Source of the DNA: Proteobacteria bacterium CAG:495
Lineage (GTDB): Bacteria > Pseudomonadota > Alphaproteobacteria > RF32 > CAG-239
Length of the DNA stretch: 60,401 nucleotides
Direction of reading: 5' to 3'
Assembly: GCA_000432275.1 (NCBI GenBank)
Contig: HF995323.1
Span: 121,957 to 182,357, forward strand
The first letter of the stretch is position 1; every line of letters begins with the position of its first letter. The notes under the pieces were generated by a model. It made no database searches, was not told where the DNA came from, and saw nothing but the letters and a program-made list of their open reading frames with translations. Shown in pieces: positions 8,716 through 18,207 of the stretch. The translations under genes and the position numbers were made by a program.

Positions 8716-8988
8716 TTAGTTTACAGAATCTTGCAAAGCTTTACCAGCTTTGAATTTAGCCTGTTTGCGAGCCGGGATTTTGATAGCTGCGCCGGTGCGC
8801 GGATTGCGGCCGGTAGTAGCTGCACGTTTAGAAACGGCAAAAGTACCAAAACCAACCAAACGAACTTCATCACCTTTCTTCAAAGCGTTGGTGATGGAAG
8901 CAACAAATGCATCAAGAGCCTTAGCAGAATCAGTTTTGGTAAGGCCTGTTTCGCTAGCGATGCTAGCAATCAATTCGTTTTTATTCAC
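8716..8988 (-). CDS. hupB: nucleoid-associated DNA-binding protein HU
   Basis: 90 aa. MNKNELIASIA...GDEVRLVGFGTFAVSKRAATTGRNPRTGAAIKIPARKQAKFKAGKAL is a canonical HU/IHF fold sequence. It sits in the conserved lon-hupB-tRNA-Val neighbourhood. Confidence 0.95.
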   Translation of the reverse strand: MNKNELIASIASETGLTKTDSAKALDAFVASITNALKKGDEVRLVGFGTFAVSKRAATTGRNPRTGAAIKIPARKQAKFKAGKALQDSVN

Positions 8989-9294
8989 GGTGAGGACTCC
9001 CTCTAATATAAGTTATAAACCAATTGTGGAGAATAAATCTCTAACCACAAGAAAATTTAACCGCCAAAAAAATGATTAGTCAAACAAAATCAACGCTTGC
9101 AAACAAAAAAAGTGCATTTTCTGTTAGCAAAAAGCCTTTTTTCCCAGTTATTCACAGCTATGGTTAGAAAATTCCCGCTTTTAGAAGATTCGAAAACCGA
9201 ATTTTAACGTCCGTTTGCGATTCTTGTTGTATTTAATAGACACCCCAGTCAAATGATGCTATACTTTTATTTACATAAGGTTTGGGAGAACAAA

Positions 9295-10665
9295 ATGGAT
9301 GTGCAAAGCAAACTGCAAAAACTGAAAAAGAGGCTGGGACTGACTGCCGCACTGTCTATTGCCGCCATGAGCGCTTCCTCCGCAGAACAGCAGGATTCCA
9401 TACAAAACACTGCTTTCCCCGCAGCCAAAGAAACAAAAGTCAATACCTTTGCCGAAAATGACTCATCCCGACAAAATCAGGTAAAACAATATTGCAACTT
9501 TATAGAAATAGGGTCTTTGGAGGAACTGAACAGCCTTAACCGGCAAGCCGCCTGCTACAACCAGTACGCCGACGCCATCATCTACAACCAATATAAAATG
9601 TCTGACGCAGGCAAATCCGAACGCAGTCTGATTGAAGCTGTCAACAACCAGAATTACTCAGTCAGCACTGAAGCTCACGAAAAGCTGCATCGCCTTTTGT
9701 CACCCATCAGTCAAAAGCTCCACGACGGTTCCTGCATATTAAAAGTATCAGATCGTATCCGTGTTAAGATTATGGAAGAAATCTGCTGCCTTAAATCAGA
9801 AAAAAGACTTACTTCCATTACGGATGCCATTCAAAAATTTAAGGACCTCGACAGAATCACCTATTATTCCAACCATTACGGAGAAATCGCCGGAGAGCGC
9901 ATCGGCTCTGTTCTGATTGCCAAAACAGCGGAAGAAAAAACGCCGGAAAAAATCGACCTGGGATTTGAACGCTCTTCTCATTACAAACCGCTGCAAATCA
10001 ACGGGCAGGAATATATCGGCAGCCTTTATGTTTCTCGCGATAAGAAATATAAAACCTGGGCTCTGCATGACCTAAACGACCAAGTTGTTACATCAGTAGA
10101 GATTCTCTCCCAAAGTCCACTCGCCATCGGCGTTATGACCACGGCTGAGGGCAAGGATGTCAAAATGACGGATGGAAAAACGGTTCGCGCGGACTATCGG
10201 TGTGAAGCGAAAAACAACCATGGAGGCTGGGCCGGATACGCTGTTTTCAAAGTTGACAATTTCGAAAACCGTAAACAAGGATACGATTTTCACACGGCAC
10301 AACAGAATTTTGACAACATCTGCGGAGAATATGCTAACGCAACCGGCTTAACGGCACTTGAAGCCCAAACGCTCAAAGAATACGTTTCCTCAATGGACTG
10401 GCTTAACGCCTATGATTTGCAAGACAGCGAAATCAGAGACATTCGCGACAATTACAAAGACGTGCCTCTGCAAACGCTCGTAAATAAGCAGAAAAGCAAT
10501 TATGAACAGCTGGCCGACGCTGCCCGGACACGGTTTGAAAAAGAAACGCTGCCCCATCTGGTCAAAGTCCAGTCGCCATCGTCCCTCATCTCCGGTGCTG
10601 AGAAAAGCATAAAAACCGACGCTTTTAAAATCAAAGCAAACGGTAAAGAAAAAGACTGCCGATAA
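9295..10665 (+). CDS. hypothetical secreted protein, no recognisable domain
   Basis: The ORF is open from 9253. The likely start is ATG 9295, with a GGGAGA Shine-Dalgarno 6 nt upstream. N-terminal signal-peptide-like segment KKRLGLTAALSIAAMSASSAEQQ. I recognise no family motifs. Confidence 0.55.
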   Translation: MDVQSKLQKLKKRLGLTAALSIAAMSASSAEQQDSIQNTAFPAAKETKVNTFAENDSSRQNQVKQYCNFIEIGSLEELNSLNRQAACYNQYADAIIYNQYKMSDAGKSERSLIEAVNNQNYSVSTEAHEKLHRLLSPISQKLHDGSCILKVSDRIRVKIMEEICCLKSEKRLTSITDAIQKFKDLDRITYYSNHYGEIAGERIGSVLIAKTAEEKTPEKIDLGFERSSHYKPLQINGQEYIGSLYVSRDKKYKTWALHDLNDQVVTSVEILSQSPLAIGVMTTAEGKDVKMTDGKTVRADYRCEAKNNHGGWAGYAVFKVDNFENRKQGYDFHTAQQNFDNICGEYANATGLTALEAQTLKEYVSSMDWLNAYDLQDSEIRDIRDNYKDVPLQTLVNKQKSNYEQLADAARTRFEKETLPHLVKVQSPSSLISGAEKSIKTDAFKIKANGKEKDCR

Positions 10666-10690
10666 CAGCCTGTGCATCCTTTGCCGACAC

Positions 10691-10729
10691 AAAAAAATAC
10701 CGCCGACCAAATGTCGACGGCATTTTTTT
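10691..10729. terminator. bidirectional terminator between convergent genes (hypothetical 9295-10665 and lon)
   Basis: aaaaaaatACCGCCGACcaaatGTCGACGGcattttttt is an imperfect 8-9-bp stem flanked by A7 and T7. Confidence 0.55.
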
Positions 10730-10730
10730 A

Positions 10731-13103
10731 TCAGTTGACCGAAGCCTGCTCCGCTTTAAGCGGCTCGCAACGGCACAATTGTGTCAGCGGCTTCACTTCT
10801 CCGTTAAGCGCTATCTTCAAAACCTCTCCGACCTCTGAAACCGGAATGATTTTCAGGCCTTTTCTCACATTTTCCGGAATTTCCTTCAAATCCTTTTCAT
10901 TATCTTTAGGGATAATGACGGTTTTAATTCCGCCGCGCAAAGCCGAAAGCAGTTTTTCTTTCAGTCCGCCGATGGGCAGCACCCTGCCCTGCAACGTAAT
11001 CTCCCCGGTCATCGCAACATCTTTGCGAACCGGAATCTTCGTCAGCACCGAAACGAGAGTCGTATACATCGCTATGCCGGCGGAAGGTCCGTCTTTGGGC
11101 GTAGCCCCCTCCGGAACATGAACGTGAATGTCCGTTTTGCCGAAAACATCAGGATCAATCCCCAATTCCATAGAATGGGAACGAACCACGGAATACGCCG
11201 TCTCAATGGATTCTTTCATAACATCTCCCAGCTTTCCCGTTTGTTTGATGTTTCCCTTGCCCGGCATATCAACGGCTTCAATAAACAAAATGTCTCCGCC
11301 GACTTCCGTCCATGCCAGTCCGGTAGTAACGCCGACATGGTCTTCTTCTTCAGCTTCGCCATAACGGAATTTCTTAACTCCCAGATATTTGTCAAGATTA
11401 GCCGCTGCAACCGTAACCTTCTTTTCTTTGGAAAGCAGAATCTCCTTAACCGCCTTGCGGGCTATTTTTGCCAATTCGCGTTCCAAGTTACGAACTCCGG
11501 CCTCACGGGTATAATAACGGATGATGTCTCTGATAGCGTCTTCTTCTATCTTAAGCTCGTTTTCCTTGATGGCCATTTCCTTAAAGGTTTTGGGAATCAG
11601 ATGACGTTCGGCAATCTGTATTTTTTCATCTTCGGTATAACCTGACAATCGTATAATTTCCATACGGTCAAGCAGTGGACGCGGCATATCGAGAGAGTTG
11701 GCCGTCGTCACAAACATAACGTCAGACAAATCATAATCAACTTCCAGATAGTGGTCGTTAAAGCTTGAATTCTGCTCCGGATCCAAAACTTCCAACAGCG
11801 CCGAACTCGGATCGCCGCGGTAATCGTTGCCGAGTTTGTCTATTTCATCGAGCAGAAACAACGGATTAGACGTTGCCGCTTTTTTCATTCCTTTAATTAT
11901 TTTGCCCGGCATAGAACCAATATAAGTCCGACGATGGCCGCGAATTTCCGCTTCATCGCGCATACCGCCGAGAGAAGCGCGTACAAAACTGCGCCCGGTA
12001 GCTCTGGCTATCGACTTTCCTAAAGAAGTCTTACCGACGCCCGGAGGGCCGACCAGACACAAAATCGGACCTTTGACTTTGTCGGCCCGGGATTGCACGG
12101 CCAAATATTCGACAATGCGTTCCTTAACCTCTTCCAGTCCGTAATGGTCTTCTTCCAGAATTTCCATAGCCTTGCTCAAGTCTTTATTTACTTTGGAGCG
12201 TTTTTTCCAGGGAATGTCCAGCATCCAGTCCAGATAATTGCGGACAACCGTTGCCTCTGCCGACATTGAGCTCATAGATTTGAGCTTTTTAACTTCAGCC
12301 AGGGCTTTTTCCTTTGCTTCCTTGGACAGCTTGGTGTTCTCAATCTTTTTCATATATTCGGCGATTTCGGCATCGTCGTCTCCGTCGCCGAGCTCTTTCT
12401 GAATAGCCTTCATCTGCTCGTTCAGATAATATTCTTTTTGGCTTTTCTCCATCTGCTTTTTAACGCGATTCTTGATTCTGTTTTCCACCTCAAGCATCGT
12501 GATTTCCGCATCCATAAAGCCCAAAATCTGTTCAAAACGTTCGCTTAAGGTTGTCCCTTCAAGCAAAGCCTGCTTTTCCGGAATCTTTAATGCCAGATGA
12601 GAAGCGATGGTATCCGCCAGTTTGCTGTAATCTTCTATTTGGTTGACCGCCACCAAAACCTCGGGAGGAGTCTTTTTGGAAAGTTTGACATATTCCTCAA
12701 ACTGCGACAAAACGGCGCGAACCAAAGCTTCCAGCTCCTGATTGTTGTTTTCTATCTCCGGCAGAATGGTTACGTTTGCTTCCATAAAGGATTTGGTGTT
12801 GTAAAACTTGTCGATTTTAACCCGCTCCAACCCCTCAATCAAAACCTTTACCGTACCGTCAGGCAGCCGCAACAGCTGTAAAACCGTGCCGATGGTTCCG
12901 ACATGATAAACGTCACTGCTGGTCGGGTCTTCAATTGCGGCATCTTTTTGGGTGGTAAGGATAATGTTCTGATCCTTATCGACAACTTCCTGCAAGGCGT
13001 TAATCGACTTCTCCCGTCCCACAAACAACGGAACAATCATCTTCGGATATACCACAATATCGCGCAACGGAAGTACAGGATATTTCTCTTTCTTAGCAAC
13101 CAT
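10731..13103 (-). CDS. lon: ATP-dependent Lon protease
   Basis: 790 aa. N-terminal LON domain (VLPLRDIVVYPKMIVPLFVGR), Walker A GPPGVGKTS, and protease active-site motif PKDGPSAGIAM. Confidence 0.98.
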   Translation of the reverse strand: MVAKKEKYPVLPLRDIVVYPKMIVPLFVGREKSINALQEVVDKDQNIILTTQKDAAIEDPTSSDVYHVGTIGTVLQLLRLPDGTVKVLIEGLERVKIDKFYNTKSFMEANVTILPEIENNNQELEALVRAVLSQFEEYVKLSKKTPPEVLVAVNQIEDYSKLADTIASHLALKIPEKQALLEGTTLSERFEQILGFMDAEITMLEVENRIKNRVKKQMEKSQKEYYLNEQMKAIQKELGDGDDDAEIAEYMKKIENTKLSKEAKEKALAEVKKLKSMSSMSAEATVVRNYLDWMLDIPWKKRSKVNKDLSKAMEILEEDHYGLEEVKERIVEYLAVQSRADKVKGPILCLVGPPGVGKTSLGKSIARATGRSFVRASLGGMRDEAEIRGHRRTYIGSMPGKIIKGMKKAATSNPLFLLDEIDKLGNDYRGDPSSALLEVLDPEQNSSFNDHYLEVDYDLSDVMFVTTANSLDMPRPLLDRMEIIRLSGYTEDEKIQIAERHLIPKTFKEMAIKENELKIEEDAIRDIIRYYTREAGVRNLERELAKIARKAVKEILLSKEKKVTVAAANLDKYLGVKKFRYGEAEEEDHVGVTTGLAWTEVGGDILFIEAVDMPGKGNIKQTGKLGDVMKESIETAYSVVRSHSMELGIDPDVFGKTDIHVHVPEGATPKDGPSAGIAMYTTLVSVLTKIPVRKDVAMTGEITLQGRVLPIGGLKEKLLSALRGGIKTVIIPKDNEKDLKEIPENVRKGLKIIPVSEVGEVLKIALNGEVKPLTQLCRCEPLKAEQASVN

Positions 13104-13141
13104 ATTTTACCACCTTAAAAATTAACATCATTGTGTATTCT

Positions 13142-13170
13142 TATATAAGAAAACTTTCCGGCTTATGCAA
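13142..13170 (-). promoter_or_regulatory. putative sigma-70-type promoter for lon
   Basis: On the minus strand, TTGCAT (13170-13165), a 17-nt spacer, then TATATA (13147-13142), about 40 nt upstream of the lon ATG. Found by pattern match only. Confidence 0.25.
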
Positions 13171-13356
13171 TGCGGAACAGTAACTTTTTTGCCACAAACG
13201 CACTTTTTGGGCAATGCTTAAGTTTTTAATCCACAGCCCTGGCCGCGAAATCCAACTTTAACATGAATAAGTATTAATAAAGAATTTGCAGATTTAAAAT
13301 AATAATATATGATGCAATAAAAAAACAAACACCAGAAAACCCCATGGAGAAATTTG

Positions 13357-13608
13357 ATGGCCGCCGCAAAGAAAAGCGCACTTTCCAATGATGATATTAT
13401 GGTTGAAATTTCCGTCACGCTGGGAACCGCGGACCTCCGGGTCAACCAGCTGCTGAAGTTGGGACGCGGAGCCGTTGTCGAGTTGGACCGGGATATCAAC
13501 GACAACGTAGATATTTACGCCAATGACGTTCTTATCGGTCATGGCGAAGTCGTCATCACCGAAAACGAAACTATCGGCATCAGCGTAACCGACACAAATT
13601 CCAAATAA
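13357..13608 (+). CDS. FliN/SpoA-domain protein (flagellar or T3SS C-ring family), orphan
   Basis: About 83 aa. VEISVTLGTADLRVNQLLKLGRGAVVELDRDINDNVDIYANDVLIGHGEVVITENETIGISVTD matches the FliN/YscQ SpoA-domain consensus. GGAGA Shine-Dalgarno 6 nt before ATG 13357; the ORF track starts at TTG 13354. Confidence 0.7.
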   Translation: MAAAKKSALSNDDIMVEISVTLGTADLRVNQLLKLGRGAVVELDRDINDNVDIYANDVLIGHGEVVITENETIGISVTDTNSK

Positions 13609-13620
13609 GCAACCGTAACA

Positions 13621-14382
13621 ATGAACTTTAATCTGAAAAAAACACTGAAAAAATCCCTGCGCCGGATTACCAAGTCAGATTTTGTCATAAACCTGATTTC
13701 GTCAGCTATATATTGGTATGCCCGTCTCGTCGGCAAAACCACAAGCTGGGAGGTTCGCGGCATAGACAACTTCTATCGCGAATGGGATGACAATCGCGGC
13801 ATCATTCTGGTTGCCTGGCACGGACGAGCCCTTATGCTGCCTTATTTCTGGAACCGAAAAAAACCGCTTAATGCCCTGGTTTCATTACACCGGGACGGCA
13901 GAATGATAGCCGGCCTACTTGAAAAATTCGGTCTTGGCACCATCGGCGGTTCCAGCAACGAAAACGCCAGCGGCGCCGCGGTAAAACTGATGCACTCGCT
14001 CAAAGACGATACTGCCATCTGCATTATCCCCGACGGTCCCCGGGGACCCCGGATGCATATGGGACGCTCTCCTCTTTATTATGCGCAAAAAACCGGAAAA
14101 CCTATCGCCTGTATTTCGTACAGCATCGCCAACTCTTTCCGCATAACAAAATCCTGGGACCACATGATGATCCCCCTCCCGTTTTCCCGCGGCATTTGCA
14201 CCGTGAGCGAAGCGATGTCCGTTCCCGCCGACGCAGACAATAACGAATTGGAAACCTACCGCCTTCGTCTGGAAGAGCAGCTTAACCGAATAAGCCGGGA
14301 ATGCGATATCAAAATGGGACTGATTCCTGACGAACCCGGCGTCTGCAAAAATCAAACCGAAGAAAATGGACAACCGCGATGA
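13621..14382 (+). CDS. DUF374 family protein (lysophospholipid acyltransferase-like), commonly upstream of waaA
   Basis: 253 aa. Motifs LVAWHGRALMLPYFW, HRDGRMIAGLLEKFGLGTIGGSS and IPDGPRGPR are typical of DUF374. It overlaps the waaA start by 4 nt. Confidence 0.8.
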   Translation: MNFNLKKTLKKSLRRITKSDFVINLISSAIYWYARLVGKTTSWEVRGIDNFYREWDDNRGIILVAWHGRALMLPYFWNRKKPLNALVSLHRDGRMIAGLLEKFGLGTIGGSSNENASGAAVKLMHSLKDDTAICIIPDGPRGPRMHMGRSPLYYAQKTGKPIACISYSIANSFRITKSWDHMMIPLPFSRGICTVSEAMSVPADADNNELETYRLRLEEQLNRISRECDIKMGLIPDEPGVCKNQTEENGQPR

Positions 14383-15641
14383 TGTTTATGAAAATTTACA
14401 ACGCCTTGATTACCGTTTTATATCCTCTGGTTATCAAACGCTATATTAATAAGCGCAAAGAAAACGGCAAGGAAGACGTCAAAAGATTCAACGAACGTAT
14501 CGGGCGTCCCGCTCTCAAACGTCCCGAAGGAAAATTAATCTGGCTTCACGGTGCCTCTGTAGGCGAGTCCGTTTCCATGCTGCCTCTGATTCAAAAAATT
14601 TTGGACACTTACCCTCAGGCGCACGTTATGGTCACCACCGGAACCGTCACTTCCGCCGACGTAATGAGCAAACGGCTTCCCGAGCGCGCCTTTCACCAGT
14701 TTATACCCATTGACAACCCAACTTTCACCACCCGGTTTGTCAAATACTGGCATCCCGACGTCGCCCTCTGGTTTGAGTCGGAATTCTGGCCGGCAATGCT
14801 GTCGTCAATCAAACGTAAAAATATTCCGCTGATTTTAATCAACGGCCGAATTTCCAACAAAACCTTCAAACGCTGGCAGCAATTTGACTTTATCAGCAAA
14901 GAGCTGCTCTCCTGCTTCACCCTTTGCCTCGGACAATCGGAAGAAGACGCCTACCGCCTCGGCGTTTTGGGCGCGGCCAACTCCGTCTGCCTCGGCAATC
15001 TGAAATACGCCGGCCTGCCGCTGCCTATCGACCAGGAAAAGAAACAGGAACTGTTGCAACAAATCGGAACCCGCACTCTATGGCTGGCAAGTTCAACCCA
15101 CAATGACGAAGAACGCCGAATTGCCAAGATACACAAACGGCTCAAGAAAAAATTTCCTGACATTCTGACGATTATCGCCCCCAGACATCCCCAGCGCGGC
15201 CCCGAAATACAAAAAGAGATTCGGGAATTGGAGTTGCAAACGGCTTTACGATCGGCAGGAGAAGAAATAACCGGACAAACTGACATCTACATTGCAGACA
15301 CTATTGGAGAAATGGGCTTATGGTATGACGTTGCCAAAGTTGTGTTTATCGGCGGCTCCCTGATTCCGCACGGCGGACAAAACTTTATCGAACCCTCGCG
15401 GATGCGCGATGCGGTCATCGTCGGCCCCCATATGCATAACTTCACCGATGCGGTCAACCGTGCAAAAAAAGCAGATGCGCTGATACAGGTGACCGATACA
15501 CAGGAACTGGAAGAAACAATTGCCCATCTGCTCAGCAACAAAGATTTTTGCAATGCCAAATGCAGCCTCGCCTATAATTGGGCCGCCAGTGAAAATAAAG
15601 TGCTTGAAAACATTATGGATAAAGTTAAAGGTTTTATTTAA
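14379..15641 (+). CDS. waaA: 3-deoxy-D-manno-octulosonic acid (Kdo) transferase
   Basis: 420 aa. The N-terminal WLHGASVGES motif and the overall GT30 layout match WaaA. It sits between DUF374 and lpxK. Confidence 0.9.
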   Translation: MMFMKIYNALITVLYPLVIKRYINKRKENGKEDVKRFNERIGRPALKRPEGKLIWLHGASVGESVSMLPLIQKILDTYPQAHVMVTTGTVTSADVMSKRLPERAFHQFIPIDNPTFTTRFVKYWHPDVALWFESEFWPAMLSSIKRKNIPLILINGRISNKTFKRWQQFDFISKELLSCFTLCLGQSEEDAYRLGVLGAANSVCLGNLKYAGLPLPIDQEKKQELLQQIGTRTLWLASSTHNDEERRIAKIHKRLKKKFPDILTIIAPRHPQRGPEIQKEIRELELQTALRSAGEEITGQTDIYIADTIGEMGLWYDVAKVVFIGGSLIPHGGQNFIEPSRMRDAVIVGPHMHNFTDAVNRAKKADALIQVTDTQELEETIAHLLSNKDFCNAKCSLAYNWAASENKVLENIMDKVKGFI

Positions 15642-15642
15642 G

Positions 15643-16593
15643 ATGCGAACCCCAATATATTGGAAAAACAAAAATATTATATCTTCGCTGCTTTTGCCGT
15701 TGGGATGGTTGTACGGTCTGGCGACCGCTTTGCGTCTTGCCCTGACCAAACCGCAAAAAGTCAAGGCCAAAGTTATCTGCATTGGCAATATTACCGCCGG
15801 AGGCACCGGCAAAACGCCGGTATCCGTCGCCATAGCTGCCCTTCTGAAACAAAACGGCCTTAATCCCTGGTTCGTCACCAGAGGATATGGCGGAACTCGG
15901 CAGGATATTATTGTCAACCCGGCCGAACACGCAGCAGCCGAAGTCGGAGACGAACCGCTGTTGTTGGCCCGGGAAGCCTCCGTCGTCGTCAACAAACAGC
16001 GTTGGCTGGGAGCGCAAAAGGCCATCGCAAACGGTGCCGACTGTATCATTATGGATGACGGCTTTCAAAATCCCGCACTTCATAAAGATTTGTCGTTTAT
16101 CGTCATTGACGGGGCCATCGGTTTCGGTAATCGGCGCTGCATTCCTTCCGGTCCGTTGCGGGAATTTCTTTCTGCCGGCCTGAAACGGGCCGATGCTGCC
16201 ATTATTATAGGGCAAGACAAAACCAATCTGAGCGGATTGTTAAAAGACCTTCCCGTTTTTCACGGCAGCATAACGCCGGTTGAACCGTTGCGGGACAACC
16301 TCAACGTTATCGCCTTTGCCGGCATCGGACGACCGCAGAAATTTTACCGCTCATTACAGGAACTCAGCTTTAACCTTATAAAGACCGTAGACTTTCCCGA
16401 CCATCACTTTTATACGGAAGGAGAATTGAAACAACTGATTTCCGAAGCAGAGGAAAAACAGGCCGTCTTATATACCACCGCCAAAGATTACGTAAAAATT
16501 CCGGCTGCGCTGCGCAACCGTTTCCGTGTTTTGGAAATAACGATTACTTGGCGCGAACCGGAACTTTTAACCCAATTTCTGCTTAACACTTAA
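15643..16593 (+). CDS. lpxK: tetraacyldisaccharide 4'-kinase
   Basis: The start is taken at ATG 15643 (MRTPIYWKNK...), 2 nt after the waaA stop. P-loop GNITAGGTGKTP. The ORF-track start at 15520 would overlap waaA by 122 nt. Confidence 0.9.
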   Translation: MRTPIYWKNKNIISSLLLPLGWLYGLATALRLALTKPQKVKAKVICIGNITAGGTGKTPVSVAIAALLKQNGLNPWFVTRGYGGTRQDIIVNPAEHAAAEVGDEPLLLAREASVVVNKQRWLGAQKAIANGADCIIMDDGFQNPALHKDLSFIVIDGAIGFGNRRCIPSGPLREFLSAGLKRADAAIIIGQDKTNLSGLLKDLPVFHGSITPVEPLRDNLNVIAFAGIGRPQKFYRSLQELSFNLIKTVDFPDHHFYTEGELKQLISEAEEKQAVLYTTAKDYVKIPAALRNRFRVLEITITWREPELLTQFLLNT

Positions 16594-17519
16594 TTGGCTT
16601 CATCCCACAAATTGGCATAACTTCCGTTGGCAAAGGCGTCTCCGCTGATAAAACGATAATTTTTATCCAGCGTCGCAATTTTAGCCATATCTGCCTCATC
16701 CAGCTCAATAGCGAGAGAAGCATAGTTTTCCCGCAAATGAGCCTCATGAACCGACTTTGGAATAACGGCTACGCCGCGCTGCATCTGCCATGCCAGCACG
16801 ACCTGAGCCGACGTTGCCTTAATACGTTCCGCAATTTCCTGAATGACCGGATTTTCCAATACCGATTCCTGCCCTTCGTGAGGTTGTGACCCCAATGGTG
16901 AATAGGCCGTAACTTCAATATTGTTCTTATGGCAAAAATCTATCAAATCGTTCTGCTGCAGCAAGGGATGATTCTCAATTTGGTTAACCGCAGGAACAAT
17001 CTCGGCTTTTTCAATCAAATCGCCCAATTTCTTGGCCGTAAAATTAGAAACGCCGATACTTTCGACGGAGCCTTCCCCCTGAAGTTTCTCCATTGCGGCC
17101 CATGTAACCTCCAAGGGCAAATCGCTCAGCGGAATCAAGTCTTCCGCGCGTTGGGGAATACCGGTGCCTTTTTTCTGCGCTACCGGCCAGTGCATCAGAA
17201 ACAAATCCAGATAATCCAGTTGCAAATCTTTTAACGTCTGCTCCAACGCCGGTTTTACATCTTCCGGTGCATGCGCGTCGTTCCATAGTTTAGAGGTGAC
17301 AAACAATTCTTTGCGCTTAATGTCCCCTTCTCTGATTGCATCGTTTATCGCCTGCCCGATTTCGCCCTGATTGCCGTAAATCGGAGCACAGTCAATATGC
17401 TTATATCCCAGTTTTATAGCCCAGCGTACCGCCTGATAAGTCTCTCCCGGCTTAGACTGCCAGGTACCCATACCGATAATCGGCATTTCACTGTCGTTAT
17501 TCAGCTTAACATACTTCAT
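16590..17519 (-). CDS. aldo/keto reductase family oxidoreductase
   Basis: MKYVKLNNDSEMPIIGMGTWQ..., LFVTSKLWN and IPKSVHEAHLRENY are canonical AKR motifs. GGAGGAG Shine-Dalgarno about 9 nt upstream of ATG 17519. The longer ORF to 17585 starts at GTG within the leader. Confidence 0.9.
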   Translation of the reverse strand: MKYVKLNNDSEMPIIGMGTWQSKPGETYQAVRWAIKLGYKHIDCAPIYGNQGEIGQAINDAIREGDIKRKELFVTSKLWNDAHAPEDVKPALEQTLKDLQLDYLDLFLMHWPVAQKKGTGIPQRAEDLIPLSDLPLEVTWAAMEKLQGEGSVESIGVSNFTAKKLGDLIEKAEIVPAVNQIENHPLLQQNDLIDFCHKNNIEVTAYSPLGSQPHEGQESVLENPVIQEIAERIKATSAQVVLAWQMQRGVAVIPKSVHEAHLRENYASLAIELDEADMAKIATLDKNYRFISGDAFANGSYANLWDEAN

Positions 17520-17625
17520 GACAAACCACTCCTCCAACGAAAAAAATATTAAAATCAACCCTAATATAATCGTAAGAATTTCCACTTAAAGGAGCCGTAC
17601 GCGAAAAAAAGATTGCCATAAAACA

Positions 17626-17657
17626 AAAACGCAGCCCCCACACCTGACTGCGTTTTT
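17626..17657 (-). terminator. rho-independent terminator of the SNF2-like/ibrA/ibrB operon
   Basis: On the minus strand, AAAAACGCAG-13 nt loop-CTGCGTTTTT is followed by GTTTT. It lies 23 nt beyond the ibrB-like stop. Confidence 0.55.
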
Positions 17658-17679
17658 AAACAACTTGCAAAAAAATGAG

Positions 17680-18207
17680 TTATTTCACTTCCCAACTGCG
17701 GGAAAATTCTTCGTCCTTGAACAATGCGGCCAATCCGGTAACTTGTTTCATTCTGAGCAACTCGTCGGCCGACATACCGATATTCTTACAAATCCAGCTG
17801 TCGCTCTTGCCCATTTCAACTAACTCGGCAACAATATTACTCATCAAATCGACATTATGGCTGCCGCGAGCCCGGTTATGGCGAATAGTCGACGCCATCC
17901 GCTCTCCCAGCTCCTTATTGATTACCACGACGGGAATTTTACCGTGTTCACGGGCATAAATGCGATCGCTGGTCTTCATAATCGTATAACGGTGGAAACC
18001 GTCGACAACGATATATTTGTCAGCCTCTTTGTCATAATAACATACAATCGGCTGAGTAAACCCATCTTCCCAGATGGAAAGTTCCAGCAGTTTCATTTCC
18101 GGAGGTGCAACTCGGTTGGGGTTATAATCATTGGCCTGCACCTTCTCAACGGGCACGCCGATGACATTATAAACCGGACTAACAAACTCTTTCATATTTA
18201 ACCTCAT
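17680..18207 (-). CDS. ibrB: ParB/Srx-fold nuclease-like protein, IbrB-like
   Basis: 175 aa. VEKVQANDYNPNRV...PIVCYYDKEADKYIVVDGFHRYT carries the ParB-like nuclease DGxHR motif. 4-nt ATGA overlap with the upstream PAPS-reductase-family gene. Confidence 0.65.
   Translation of the reverse strand: MRLNMKEFVSPVYNVIGVPVEKVQANDYNPNRVAPPEMKLLELSIWEDGFTQPIVCYYDKEADKYIVVDGFHRYTIMKTSDRIYAREHGKIPVVVINKELGERMASTIRHNRARGSHNVDLMSNIVAELVEMGKSDSWICKNIGMSADELLRMKQVTGLAALFKDEEFSRSWEVK

Noticed and set aside
15520-15642. The ORF track starts lpxK at 15520, giving a 41-aa N-terminal extension.
   Set aside because: The extension overlaps the 3' end of waaA by 122 nt in another frame. ATG 15643 lies 2 nt after the waaA stop and gives the usual LpxK N-terminus.
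15318-16049. Long antisense or alternative-frame ORFs in the track. Examples: 15318-16049(-), 15634-16215(-), 18747-19622(+), 27345-28088(+), 33888-34529(+), 34903-35538(+), 44019-44588(+), 44914-45741(-), 11118-11645(+) and 21273-21626(+).
   Set aside because: Each lies fully inside, or opposite to, a gene with a strong family signature. Their translations are low-complexity (Arg/Gln/Pro/Phe-rich), and none carries recognisable motifs. They are shadow ORFs.
17520-17585. An in-frame 22-codon N-terminal extension of the aldo/keto reductase, encoding a perfect hydrophobic helix (EILTIILGLILIFFSL). It would suggest a membrane-anchored AKR.
   Set aside because: The extension starts at GTG in an AT-rich leader. 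A strong GGAGGAG Shine-Dalgarno sits inside it about 9 nt upstream of ATG 17519, which yields the canonical AKR N-terminus MKYVKLNN..MPIIGMGTW. The hydrophobic reading is most likely an artefact of T-rich leader sequence.
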